Notes under the pieces: generated by a model
The model's database searches: none
Told to the model about the DNA's origin: nothing
What the model saw: only the letters and a program-made list of their open reading frames with translations
Assembly (NCBI GenBank): GCA_026702615.1
Contig: JAPPBY010000013.1
Coordinates: 27,521-91,520, forward strand
Source of the DNA: Chloroflexota bacterium
GTDB taxonomy: Bacteria; Chloroflexota; Dehalococcoidia; Tepidiformales; Tepidiformaceae
Reading direction: 5' to 3'
Length of the DNA stretch: 64,000 bases
Program-made: the position numbers and the translations under genes
Shown: one piece after another, positions 1-8,758 of the stretch
Numbering within the stretch: position 1 is the stretch's first letter
Layout: each line of letters opens with the position of its first letter

Positions 1-975
1 CAGCGCCTCCGCGGGGGTGAGAACTTCCGCGACTTCGTCCACATCGGCCAGATCCTCCAGGCCTACCTCGATGAGGATGCCGAGGCCGCCGAACGCCGCG
101 AGCTTGCCGCTGTCGAGGCCGGCTTCAGCGATCTCGACCACCTGCTCGGCGGCCTCAAGCGCGAGGACCTCGTCATCGTGGGCGCCCGCCCCAGCGTCGG
201 AAAGTCATCCTTCGCCCTCGGCATCGCCCGCAACGCCGCCATCAACCAGGGAGCCAACGTCGCCTTCTTCTCCCTGGAGATGTCGGCCGAGCAGCTGGCG
301 GTTCGTCTCCTCGCCGCCGAGTCCGGTGTCGACAGCACGCGCCTCCGCCTCGGCGGCCAGACCGAGCTGGAGGAGCGCCGCATCATCCGCGCCACCGGCG
401 AGCTCGCCGGCGCCAACATCTGGTTCGACGATTCTCCCACCCTCACCGTCGCCGAGCTGCGCTCCAAGGTGAGGCGTCTTGCCAGCTCGCATGGTGTCGA
501 CCTTGTCGTCGTCGACTACCTCCAGCTCATGCAGTCCGACACGAGCTGGAACGGGCGAGAGAACCGCGTCCAGGAGATCAGCTACATCTCCCGCACCCTC
601 AAGGGCCTCGCCCGCGAGTTGAACGTCCCCGTCATCGCCCTCGCCCAGCTCTCGCGCGCCATCGAGCAGCGCCACCCCCGCATCCCCATGCTCTCCGATC
701 TCCGCGACTCCGGTTCCATCGAGCAGGACGCCGACGTCGTCATCTTCCTCAGCCGCGAGGAGCTCTACACCAGTCGCGAGCAGTGGATGGCCGAGCACCC
801 GGAGATGCCCGAGACCGCGTACCCCCAGGGCGTCGCCCAGGTGATCGTCGCCAAGCACCGCAACGGCCCCACCGGGACGGTCGATCTCCGCTTCCGCCAG
901 CGACTCGCCAAGTTCGAGGACTGGGTGCTCCAGGGTGAGGACGAGGACCTGCCGCCCGAAGGGATCGACCAGTGA
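1..975 (+). CDS. dnaB: Replicative DNA helicase DnaB, C-terminal RecA-like domain (5' end lies outside the window)
   Basis: Frame 1 is open from base 1. Walker A GARPSVGKS, Walker B DLVVVDYLQLM, and DnaB signatures ALAQLSRAIEQR, DSGSIEQDADVV, AKHRNGPTG. Confidence 0.95.
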   Translation, partial: QRLRGGENFRDFVHIGQILQAYLDEDAEAAERRELAAVEAGFSDLDHLLGGLKREDLVIVGARPSVGKSSFALGIARNAAINQGANVAFFSLEMSAEQLAVRLLAAESGVDSTRLRLGGQTELEERRIIRATGELAGANIWFDDSPTLTVAELRSKVRRLASSHGVDLVVVDYLQLMQSDTSWNGRENRVQEISYISRTLKGLARELNVPVIALAQLSRAIEQRHPRIPMLSDLRDSGSIEQDADVVIFLSREELYTSREQWMAEHPEMPETAYPQGVAQVIVAKHRNGPTGTVDLRFRQRLAKFEDWVLQGEDEDLPPEGIDQ

Positions 976-1688
976 GCGACGGCGCCCCCTTCGAGGGCTT
1001 CCCCGGCATCGGCAAGGCCACCGCCATCCCCAACACCTTCTTCTCTGCGGTGCTGCCCGCCATGCGCGAACCCGGCGACCTGCTTGCCTTCCTCTGGGTG
1101 GCCCGCCTCGTCCAGGAGCAGCAGGGCGATGCCCGCTTTGTCACGGCCGAGCAGGTCTGGGCCTTGCCCGATGCCGCATCGACCTTCGAAGCGCTGTCGG
1201 CCGGCCGCGAGTCGCTCGAACGTGGGCTCGCCGCCTGCGTCGAGCTCGGCGCCCTGCTCGCGCTCGACCTCGCCGGCAGTGGCCAGCAGGAGACCGTCTA
1301 TTTCGTGAACAACCCCACCTCCCGCCGTGCCGTGGCCCGCGCCCGGGGCGGCGACCTCGAACTCCGCCCCGGCGCCATCGCCTACGAGCCCCAGCCCGCC
1401 CGACGCCCCAACATCTTCCACCTGTACGAGGAGCACGTCGGCACGATCACGCCGCTCGTCGCCGAACGCCTCCTCGTCGCCGCCGAGCAGTACCCGCAAC
1501 ACCTGGTCGAGTCCGCCTTCCGCGAAGCGGCCGAGCGGAACGTCCGCAACTGGAAGTACATCGAGCGCATGCTCCAAAACTGGTCCGAGGGGAACCAGCA
1601 CCATGAAGCGACTGGACAAAGCCTTGCTGACCGCCGCCGTCGATACGACCGCGACGGAGCCGCAGGATCCACCTCCCGCCCCCGCTGA
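972..1688 (+). CDS. DnaD-domain (DnaB_2-type) replication/primosome protein
   Basis: GTG start overlaps the dnaB stop (GTGA). The C-terminal segment NIFHLYEEHVGTITPLVAERL...LVESAFREAAERNVRNWKYIERMLQNW looks like the DnaD C-terminal domain. Confidence 0.65.
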   Translation: MSDGAPFEGFPGIGKATAIPNTFFSAVLPAMREPGDLLAFLWVARLVQEQQGDARFVTAEQVWALPDAASTFEALSAGRESLERGLAACVELGALLALDLAGSGQQETVYFVNNPTSRRAVARARGGDLELRPGAIAYEPQPARRPNIFHLYEEHVGTITPLVAERLLVAAEQYPQHLVESAFREAAERNVRNWKYIERMLQNWSEGNQHHEATGQSLADRRRRYDRDGAAGSTSRPR

Positions 1689-2958
1689 CGAGCCGGACGA
1701 AGACGCCTGTCCACTTTGCGACGGTGCCGGCTTCGTCCGCCGCGCGCGGGAGCTCGAGGATCCGCGCTTTGGTCGTGCGGAACCCTGTTCCTGCATCCTC
1801 GACGAGACCGGCGAGGTGCGCCGCTCCCGACTCGAGCGCATCAGCAACCTCGGCGCCCTCACCCGCTTCACCTTCGATGCCCTCCGGGGCGAAGCGGCCG
1901 CCGCTGTCGCCCAGGTCCGTGCTTACGCCGACGCGCCCGACGGCTGGCTCGTCCTGAAGGGGCCCAGCGGCTCCGGCAAAACCCACCTCGCCGCCGCCAT
2001 CGCCAACGAGCGCATCGCCCGCGGCGAGCCCGTTCTCTTCATGTTCACCCCCGATCTCCTCGACGGTCTGCGCGCCTCCTACGAGCCCGCCGAGGGCGAG
2101 CCCGGCTTCGACACGCTCTTCGAGCAGGTCCGCAGCGCCCCGCTCCTCATCCTCGACGACATCGACGCGGCCGCCTCCAGCGAGTGGGCCCGGGAGAAGC
2201 TCTTCCAGCTCGTGAACGCGCGCTACAACGCCGCTCTCCCCACCGTCTGCACCTGCCACTCCCTTACCGACGCCCTCGACGAACGCCTCTCGCGACGGCT
2301 CGCCTCCGGCGCCGTCCTCGACCTCGAAGGGGGCGCCCCCCTTGCGCGCTACCGCCAGGTCGGCGGCATGACCCGCGAGCGCCTCGAGGACTTCGGGTTC
2401 CACAACTTCCATAGCCGCTTCCCCAACTACGCCTCCCAGGAGAACGAGTCCCTCCAGACCGCCTGGGAGAGCGCCCACCGCTTCGCCGACGCCCCCGAGG
2501 GCTGGATGCTTATCCTCGGCGAGAGCGGCTGCGGCAAGACGCACCTTGCCGCGGCCGTCGCGAACGCCGTCCTGCGCAACGGCGGCGATGCCTTCTTTGC
2601 CGTCGTCCCCGACCTCCTCGACCACCTCCGCGCCTCCTTCGCCCCCAACCGCGGAGACCCGGGCTACGACGAGCTGTTCGAGAGCATCCGCAACGCCGGA
2701 CTCCTCGTTCTCGACGACCTAGGCCCTCACACCAGCTCGTCCTGGGCCGTCGAGAAGCTCTTCCAGATCGCGAACTACCGCGCCTCCTCGCGCCTCCCCA
2801 CCATCATCACCGCCGCCCTCTCCCTCGATGAGCTCCGCGAGGCCCACCCCCGCGTCGCCGTGCGCGCCCTGGACCCGAAGTTGAGCCAGCACGTCGCCAT
2901 CCTCGCCCGCCCCTACAACCTCCCGCCCCGCTATGGCGGAAACCGCCGCCGCCGCTAG
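1603..2958 (+). CDS. Tandem-duplicated DnaC/DnaI-like AAA+ helicase loader with an N-terminal Cys-rich zinc ribbon
   Basis: Two colinear modules, each with Walker A (GPSGSGKTHL / GESGCGKTHL) and Walker B (LLILDDID / LLVLDDLG). CPLC...CSC lies near the N-terminus. ATG at 1603 chosen; it overlaps the upstream ORF by 86 nt, so the start is uncertain. Confidence 0.75.
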   Translation: MKRLDKALLTAAVDTTATEPQDPPPAPADEPDEDACPLCDGAGFVRRARELEDPRFGRAEPCSCILDETGEVRRSRLERISNLGALTRFTFDALRGEAAAAVAQVRAYADAPDGWLVLKGPSGSGKTHLAAAIANERIARGEPVLFMFTPDLLDGLRASYEPAEGEPGFDTLFEQVRSAPLLILDDIDAAASSEWAREKLFQLVNARYNAALPTVCTCHSLTDALDERLSRRLASGAVLDLEGGAPLARYRQVGGMTRERLEDFGFHNFHSRFPNYASQENESLQTAWESAHRFADAPEGWMLILGESGCGKTHLAAAVANAVLRNGGDAFFAVVPDLLDHLRASFAPNRGDPGYDELFESIRNAGLLVLDDLGPHTSSSWAVEKLFQIANYRASSRLPTIITAALSLDELREAHPRVAVRALDPKLSQHVAILARPYNLPPRYGGNRRRR

Positions 2959-3488
2959 CCCGCTGGCCGCTCCAGGCCCCGCCCCTCCAGCCACGCCCCC
3001 AGCGCCCAGTGCGTCGTGTCGAAGGCAAGCTCGTCCCAGGGGATCGCATCTGGTGCGAACCACCCGATCTCGCTCGTCTCCGACCCCGCCGATCCCTCCC
3101 CCAGCGCCCGCGCCTCGTACACGATCACGACCACACCGGCGTGCGTGCGCGTGTACACGCCCAGCAGCGACAGTTCGTCGACCTCCAGGTTTGCCTCCTC
3201 GCGCGTCTCCCGCGCGGCCGCCTCCTCCGCGGTTTCCCCCACGTCCATGAAGCCGCCCGGAAAGACCCACGACCCCAGTCGCGGCTCGATTGCGCGCCGC
3301 ACGAGCAGCAGGCTGCCGTCCTCGCGCTCGGGAATCGTGCCCGCGACCGGCCGCGGGTTCAGGTAGTGCACGAACCCGCAGGCATCGCAGATTAGCCGCG
3401 TCATCGTGTCGCCCGGCGGGACGCGCTCCGTCAACTCGGAGCCGCACTGCATGCAGAAGCGGCTGGTGGCGTGGGGGTGGCTCGTCAC
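2955..3488 (-). CDS. NUDIX hydrolase with N-terminal zinc ribbon
   Basis: Nudix box GGFMDVGETAEEAAARETREEANL and zinc ribbon CMQCG...CDACG. GTG start at 3488 overlaps the moaE stop (GTGA). The 3' end overlaps the convergent loader gene (CTAG). Confidence 0.85.
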   Translation of the reverse strand: MTSHPHATSRFCMQCGSELTERVPPGDTMTRLICDACGFVHYLNPRPVAGTIPEREDGSLLLVRRAIEPRLGSWVFPGGFMDVGETAEEAAARETREEANLEVDELSLLGVYTRTHAGVVVIVYEARALGEGSAGSETSEIGWFAPDAIPWDELAFDTTHWALGAWLEGRGLERPAG

Positions 3489-3943
3489 GAGCCGCGCATC
3501 GTGGCGGGCGCGCGCTCCATCCCCAGGGACTCCGGCCCCTCGATCCACTCCTCGCCGTCCGCCCACACCTCCTTCTTCCACACCGGCACCCGTCGCTTCA
3601 CTTCGTTCACGAGCCAGTGGCCCGCCTCGAACGTGGCCGCCCGGTGGCCTGCGCTCACGGCGACCAGCAGGCTCGTCTCACCGATCTCCAGCCGTCCCGT
3701 GCGGTGCAGCACGGCGCTGTCCGTCAGGTCGAAGCGCTCCAGCGCTTCCTCCGCCACCTCCCGCATCGTCTTCTCCGCCATCGAGGGATAGGCGTCATAC
3801 ACGAGGTGGTCGACCGCCCGCCCCTTGTTGGTGTTGCGAACGATTCCCAGGAACACGTCGACCGCTCCAGCTTCGTCGCGCCGAACGGCCTCGATCGCTT
3901 CCTCTGGGTTCAGACGCTCCGGCGTCACGCGGATCAGCATCAC
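3485..3943 (-). CDS. moaE: Molybdopterin synthase catalytic subunit MoaE
   Basis: 152-aa ORF with MoaE-like sequence (VDVFLGIVRN..., HRTGRLEIGETSLLVAVSAGHR, VPVWKKE), immediately downstream of moaD. Confidence 0.85.
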   Translation of the reverse strand: MMLIRVTPERLNPEEAIEAVRRDEAGAVDVFLGIVRNTNKGRAVDHLVYDAYPSMAEKTMREVAEEALERFDLTDSAVLHRTGRLEIGETSLLVAVSAGHRAATFEAGHWLVNEVKRRVPVWKKEVWADGEEWIEGPESLGMERAPATMRGS

Positions 3944-4188
3944 TAGCCTCCCGATACCGGCGGAATCAGGGCCAGTGTCGCGCCCGCCGGCACCGGCGCG
4001 TCCTCGTCGGCGTACTCTTCGTCGACTGCGTACAGCAGCGTTTCTGTGAACTCCGAGACCTGCGGATGCACTGCTATCAGCCTGTCGCGCACGGACGCCA
4101 CCGTATCCCCGGCCACGTGCGCCAGCGAAAGCTCGCGCGTGCCGACGGCATCGGCCAGTGAGGCGAAGAACAGCACCGTGATCACCAT
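3943..4188 (-). CDS. moaD: Molybdopterin synthase sulfur-carrier subunit MoaD
   Basis: Small ThiS/MoaD-like ORF ending in the C-terminal GG (LIPPVSGG). ATG at 4188 is preferred over the upstream GTG at 4218. Confidence 0.8.
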   Translation of the reverse strand: MVITVLFFASLADAVGTRELSLAHVAGDTVASVRDRLIAVHPQVSEFTETLLYAVDEEYADEDAPVPAGATLALIPPVSGG

Positions 4189-4195
4189 CGTGAGG

Positions 4196-4201
4196 ATTGT
4201 A
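4196..4201 (-). promoter_or_regulatory. TACAAT -10-like box 7 nt upstream of the moaD ATG (leaderless candidate)
   Basis: The minus strand reads gcTACAATcctcacgATG. No Shine-Dalgarno sequence. Confidence 0.3.
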
Positions 4202-4245
4202 GCGTGTAGCGCTCGCACCGCCCGACGGCGTTATCCTCCCCGCCC

Positions 4246-4947
4246 GTGGCCACCCTCCTCACCCGCGCCCTCGACCTGCTCTACCCCCCGCGCTGCGTCG
4301 GCTGCGCTGCCTTTGGCCACAACCTCTGCGAGGAGTGCGCCACGCTGCTCCTGCCCGCGAGTGGACCGGGCCGCTGCGGACGCTGTGGCGTCCGTCGCGA
4401 CGATGAGGGCCGCTGCCCGGACTGCTTCAGCTGGCGCGACCTCGACGGCGCCCGAGCCGCCTTTGAGATGACGGGAGCCGCTCGCCGGGTCGTGCACGGC
4501 CTCAAGTTCAGCGGGGTCCGCGACCTCGCGACCGACATGGCCGAAGCGCTCCACCCCGTCGTCGACGAGCTCGCCCCCGATGCCATCTTCCCCATCCCCC
4601 TCCACACCCGGCGTCGTCGCTCGCGCGGCTTCAACCAGGCCGAGGTGCTCTTCGATCGTCTCGGCTGGCCGCCCGCCCCCGGCCGCCTGGACCGCATCCG
4701 CCCCACCGCCAGCCAGGTCGGCCTGAGCGCAGCCGAGCGTCGCGAGAACGTCGCCGGAGCGTTCCGCTACCGCGGGCCCGCGCTCAAGGGCGCCACAGTC
4801 GCCGTCCTCGACGACGTTGTCACGACCGGCGCGACCGCGAGCGAGTGCGCTCGCGTCCTCCGAGAGCACGGCGCCGGCCGCGTCTACGCCCTCGCCTACG
4901 CCCGCGCCCCCTACCACTCCCCCACCTCCGGCCGCTCCGACGACTAG
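4246..4947 (+). CDS. ComF family protein (phosphoribosyltransferase-like)
   Basis: N-terminal Cys clusters (CVGC...CEEC, CGRCG...CPDC), RGFNQAE, and PRTase motif VAVLDDVVTTGATA. Confidence 0.8.
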   Translation: MATLLTRALDLLYPPRCVGCAAFGHNLCEECATLLLPASGPGRCGRCGVRRDDEGRCPDCFSWRDLDGARAAFEMTGAARRVVHGLKFSGVRDLATDMAEALHPVVDELAPDAIFPIPLHTRRRRSRGFNQAEVLFDRLGWPPAPGRLDRIRPTASQVGLSAAERRENVAGAFRYRGPALKGATVAVLDDVVTTGATASECARVLREHGAGRVYALAYARAPYHSPTSGRSDD

Positions 4948-5789
4948 GCCTTCTCCAGTTCCCAGACGATCACGATTGGGAGCCCCTCGACCGCCGCCTC
5001 CAGGAGGCCCGGTCGCTGGTCGCCAAAGCCAAGGGCCGCGATGGCGTCCCCGGTCCACACCGGTTCCCGGCAGTCGGTGACGCTCAGCCCGGCATCCCGG
5101 AACGCCGACAGGTAGTCCGACACCTGGTGGACATGATTCTGGACGAAGCCGAACTCTCCCTGACCCCGGGGGTATCTGGCGTGAGAGCCGAGCATGGACA
5201 TGAGGGGATGTACGTCCGAGATGATGACGCGCCCACCCGGCCGGACGACGCGGGCCAGTTCTCCGATCGGGGGGCGGAGCCTGGTGAGGTGCGTGAGGGC
5301 GAGCGTGCAAACCACCAGGTCACAGGACTCGGGTGGAAGTGGAATCGCGGTCAGATCGGCCAGCTCAAAGTGGGCCGCAGGAACCTTCGTTCGTGCCGCT
5401 TCAAGCATCTCGGGAGTCGTGTCGAATCCCGTGACGTCGTGTCCGAGTGACGCCAGGTGCTGCGCCCATCTTCCCGTGCCACAGGCGGCATCCAGCGCCG
5501 TTCCGATGGGGACCGTGCCCAGCATCTCCCGCACGACCGGCTCCTCCGCCAGCAGTACCGGGTTATCCGGTCGGTCGTAACCCTGGGCCCACTCGCCGTA
5601 TCCCGTTCGCACCTCGGATTCGATCTCGACGACAGGGGTAGACCATGGCGGCTCCCCCCGGCTTTCTACGACTTCGGCGATGCTCCTTGCCCTCTCCTGA
5701 ACCGTTCCAGGATCGAGACCCCAGGACCGCAGGATCGCGAGCCCCTCGAACCCCAGGATGAAGTCACCAAACGTCGGGTGCTCGGTCAT
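4944..5789 (-). CDS. Class I SAM-dependent methyltransferase
   Basis: SAM motif I LDAACGTGRW and the segment VRPGGRVIISD. ATG at 5789 is preceded by AGGAGAAGG. Confidence 0.8.
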   Translation of the reverse strand: MTEHPTFGDFILGFEGLAILRSWGLDPGTVQERARSIAEVVESRGEPPWSTPVVEIESEVRTGYGEWAQGYDRPDNPVLLAEEPVVREMLGTVPIGTALDAACGTGRWAQHLASLGHDVTGFDTTPEMLEAARTKVPAAHFELADLTAIPLPPESCDLVVCTLALTHLTRLRPPIGELARVVRPGGRVIISDVHPLMSMLGSHARYPRGQGEFGFVQNHVHQVSDYLSAFRDAGLSVTDCREPVWTGDAIAALGFGDQRPGLLEAAVEGLPIVIVWELEKA

Positions 5790-5892
5790 GGCCTTCTCCT
5801 GCTGCCGGTGTCGTGACGTACTGACACCGTAGGCGGACGGCGCACTACCGGCCAAGGCGGGACCGAGAGGCCGGCCCCCCGGTTGTTGTCGC

Positions 5893-5898
5893 TACAAT
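5893..5898 (+). promoter_or_regulatory. TACAAT -10-like box 9 nt upstream of the moxR ATG (near-leaderless candidate)
   Basis: gcTACAATggtctgtcgATG. No Shine-Dalgarno sequence and no convincing -35. Confidence 0.3.
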
Positions 5899-5907
5899 GG
5901 TCTGTCG

Positions 5908-6903
5908 ATGGCTCTCCCTGCCCAGCCACCACTCTCCCCCGATGCGTCGGCCGCCGCCGACTCGCTCGCTCGCGTCCGCAAGGAGATTCACGCCGCCGTC
6001 GTCGGCCAGGATGCGCTTATCGACCGGCTCTTGATCGGCCTGCTCGTCTCCGGGCATGTGCTCGTCGAAGGCGTGCCCGGTCTCGCCAAGAGTCTCACGG
6101 TCACGAGCCTCGCGAACGCCCTCGATGTCTCGGGCGTCCGCATCCAGTTCACGCCCGACCTGCTTCCAGCCGACCTCATCGGGACGGAGGTGCTGAATCC
6201 CGCCGAGGGGAACTTCGCCATCCGCCAGGGGCCCATCTTCGCCAACATCGTCCTCGCCGACGAGATCAACCGCGCCCCCGCCAAGGTGCAGTCCGCCCTC
6301 CTCGAAGCGATGCAGGAGCGACAGGTCAGCATCGGTGGCCAGACCCTCCCCCTGCCCGACCCCTTCTTCGTCATGGCCACGCAGAACCCCATCGAGCAGG
6401 AGGGCACCTATCCCCTCCCCGAGGCGCAGCTCGATCGTTTCCTCCTCAAGGTCCGCGTCGACTACCCCACCCGCCAGGAGGAGCGCGAGGTACTTGAGCT
6501 CGGGCTCGACGGCGGCGCTCCGCCCCCCGTCCGCGCCATCGCCACCCGCGACGAGCTCCTCGCCGCCCGCGACGCGCTCAACAGCGTCGCGCTCGACGAG
6601 GCCCTCAAGGACTACTGTGTGCAGATCGTGCAGGCCACCCGCCGCCCCGCTGCCTACCGCCTCCCCGAGCTGCGCACGCTGATCGCCTACGGCGCCTCCC
6701 CCCGCGCCACCATTGCTCTCGCCCGCACCGCCCGCGCCCGCGCCCTCCTCGAGGGTCGCGCCTACACCATGCCCGACGATGTGAAGGCGCTCGCCCACGA
6801 CGTCCTCCGCCACCGCATCGTCACCACCTACGAGGCGGACGCCGAGGAGATCACGACCGACGACATCATCGACCGCGTCCTCGAAGCCATTGAGGTGCCC
6901 TGA
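5908..6903 (+). CDS. MoxR-family AAA+ ATPase
   Basis: VVGQDALIDRLLIGLL..GHVLVEGVPGLAKS, LADEINRAPAKVQSALLEAMQE, ASPRA. Confidence 0.9.
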   Translation: MALPAQPPLSPDASAAADSLARVRKEIHAAVVGQDALIDRLLIGLLVSGHVLVEGVPGLAKSLTVTSLANALDVSGVRIQFTPDLLPADLIGTEVLNPAEGNFAIRQGPIFANIVLADEINRAPAKVQSALLEAMQERQVSIGGQTLPLPDPFFVMATQNPIEQEGTYPLPEAQLDRFLLKVRVDYPTRQEEREVLELGLDGGAPPPVRAIATRDELLAARDALNSVALDEALKDYCVQIVQATRRPAAYRLPELRTLIAYGASPRATIALARTARARALLEGRAYTMPDDVKALAHDVLRHRIVTTYEADAEEITTDDIIDRVLEAIEVP

Positions 6904-6911
6904 GGGCCGCC

Positions 6912-7868
6912 ATGCGCGCGTGGTGGCCGAGGCTCTGGCGTCCCCGGCGCGACCCCTCCCGGCCCGCGCCCGACGATGCGGCCTCGACCGAAGTCGCGAC
7001 CGAACTCCTGCGTCGCGTCCGCGCCATCGAGATACGCGCCCGCCGCCTTGTGGATGACCTCTTCCTGGGCGAGTACCACGCCGTCTTCCGCGGTCGTGGC
7101 ATCGAGTTCGACGAGCTCCGCCCCTACGTCGTCGGCGATGATGTGCGCTCCATCGACTGGAAGTCGTACGCCCGCACGGGCCAGCCCCTCGTCCGCCGCT
7201 ACCGCGAGGACCGCGACCTGACCGTGCTGTTCGCCGTAGACGTGAGCGCCTCGCAGACGGCGGGTGCCGCCGAGCGCTCCAAGGCCAGCCTCGCCGCCGA
7301 GCTCTGCGCCGTCTTCGCCCTTGCCGCCATCCGCAACAACGACCGCGCCGGCCTCCTGCTCTTCGCCAGCGCCCCCGAGCGCTACCTGCGACCCGCCGGT
7401 GGCAGCGTCCACGTGCTGCGCCTCGTCCGCGAGGTCCTCTCCGCCCGGCCCGAGACCAGGGGCACTGACCTCGGCGCCGCTCTCGAGTACCTCACCGGCG
7501 TTCAGCGCCGCCGCGCCACCCTGTTCATCATCTCGGACTTCCTTACCGAGGGGTACGCGCGCGCCCTCCGTGCCGCCGCCCGCCGCTTCGACATCATCGC
7601 CGTCCGTATCCGCGAGCCCCTCGACGAGCAGCTGCCCGTATCCGGAGTCGTGCGGCTCGAGGACGCCGAAGGCGGCCCCGCTTACGAGGTCGATAGCGAC
7701 GACGAGGCCGTGCGTGAGGCCTACGCCGCTCGCGTCCGCGAGATCGATGCCGAGCGCGAACGCCTCTTCGGCGAGCTCGGCATCGATGAGATCGCCATAG
7801 TCACCGGCGAGGACTACGTGCGCGCGCTCCTCGCCTTCTTCCGGCGCCGCGCCCGGGCCGTCGCGTGA
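6912..7868 (+). CDS. DUF58 domain protein (MoxR-associated)
   Basis: GEYHAVFRGRGIEFDELRPYVVGDDVRSIDWK...VRRYREDRDL. Lies downstream of moxR. Confidence 0.85.
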   Translation: MRAWWPRLWRPRRDPSRPAPDDAASTEVATELLRRVRAIEIRARRLVDDLFLGEYHAVFRGRGIEFDELRPYVVGDDVRSIDWKSYARTGQPLVRRYREDRDLTVLFAVDVSASQTAGAAERSKASLAAELCAVFALAAIRNNDRAGLLLFASAPERYLRPAGGSVHVLRLVREVLSARPETRGTDLGAALEYLTGVQRRRATLFIISDFLTEGYARALRAAARRFDIIAVRIREPLDEQLPVSGVVRLEDAEGGPAYEVDSDDEAVREAYAARVREIDAERERLFGELGIDEIAIVTGEDYVRALLAFFRRRARAVA

Positions 7869-8758
7869 GACGCCTCGCCCTCCTCTGCGCCCTCGCCGCC
7901 GCGCTGGTGGTTCCCGCGCTCGCCACCGCGCAGGATCCCGAGGCAACCGTTTCGCGGACATCCGCCGCCATCGGCGAGCAGGTTGTCGTCACGATCACCC
8001 TCGCCACACCCGCCGACGCTGTCGTCGAAGTGGACCCGGCCGGGGAGTCGTGGGGCGATGTTCGCGTCATCCGTGTCCTCTCACAGTCTGCTTCGGCGGT
8101 CGATGCGGGACTGCACCATCGCATCGAGGTGCTCGTGGCACCCTTCGCCCCCGGCGCGCTGACCTTCCGCCCCGCAGTGGTTGTCACGACCGATTCCGGG
8201 TCCGCCCCCGCCGCCCTCCCCGCCCTCACCCTTGAGGTGCCGTCCACCCTCTCACCCGATGAGCCGCTGGCCCTCTCCCTCCTCCCGCCGCCCGTCCCCA
8301 TCGATGGCGCGCAGTCCGTCATGCTCTGGCCTGCGATTGCCCTCGGAGGACTCGTCGCGGTCGCCATCGGGGCCATTGCCACCCTCTTCGCCCGGCGCTG
8401 GTGGCGGAACCGGCCCGTCGACATGGGCGAGGTCGCCCCCGAACCGCCACCCACCGACGATGTCCTGGCCAACGCCGAAGCGCTGCTCGAAACGGACGCC
8501 GCTGGCGCCTATCGCGCGATCTCCAGCGCCGTCCGCCACGTCCTCGGGGAGCGTTACGAATTCCCCGCCCAGTCCCTCACGGCCGCCGAGTTGGAGACGC
8601 GCATGGCCGATGCAGGTGTCGACGGCTGGGAGGAACGCATGGCGCGCGAGCTGCTGCGCGAGTGCGACGCCGTCGTCTACGCCGGCTACCGACCCGTCGT
8701 GGAGCGCCGCGTGGCCGACCTCAGGATCGCCCGCGAGATCATCGGAGGGACCGGCTGA
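7865..8758 (+). CDS. Signal-peptide / single-TM protein of the Bat-like operon (BatD/DUF4381-like)
   Basis: N-terminal signal peptide (ALLCALAAALVVPALATAQ), a central TM helix followed by RRWWRNRP, and GTGA overlap with the DUF58 gene. The family assignment is tentative. Confidence 0.5.
   Translation: MRRLALLCALAAALVVPALATAQDPEATVSRTSAAIGEQVVVTITLATPADAVVEVDPAGESWGDVRVIRVLSQSASAVDAGLHHRIEVLVAPFAPGALTFRPAVVVTTDSGSAPAALPALTLEVPSTLSPDEPLALSLLPPPVPIDGAQSVMLWPAIALGGLVAVAIGAIATLFARRWWRNRPVDMGEVAPEPPPTDDVLANAEALLETDAAGAYRAISSAVRHVLGERYEFPAQSLTAAELETRMADAGVDGWEERMARELLRECDAVVYAGYRPVVERRVADLRIAREIIGGTG

Noticed and set aside
1327-1602. N-terminal extension of the loader ORF in the track (start at 1327). 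Similar upstream extensions occur for other genes, for example 17408..19357, 18817..20331, 24087.., 42083..43156 and 48544..49668.
   Set aside because: The extensions are Ser/Pro/Arg-rich, overlap the preceding gene in another frame, and precede an internal ATG/GTG with a Shine-Dalgarno sequence or stop/start coupling where the family-like sequence begins.
1-2958. The dnaB / DnaD-like / DnaC-like genes as part of a prophage or plasmid replication module.
   Set aside because: The window has no integrase, terminase, partition or repeat boundaries, and the downstream genes are ordinary chromosomal functions. This cannot be excluded for sequence upstream of the window.
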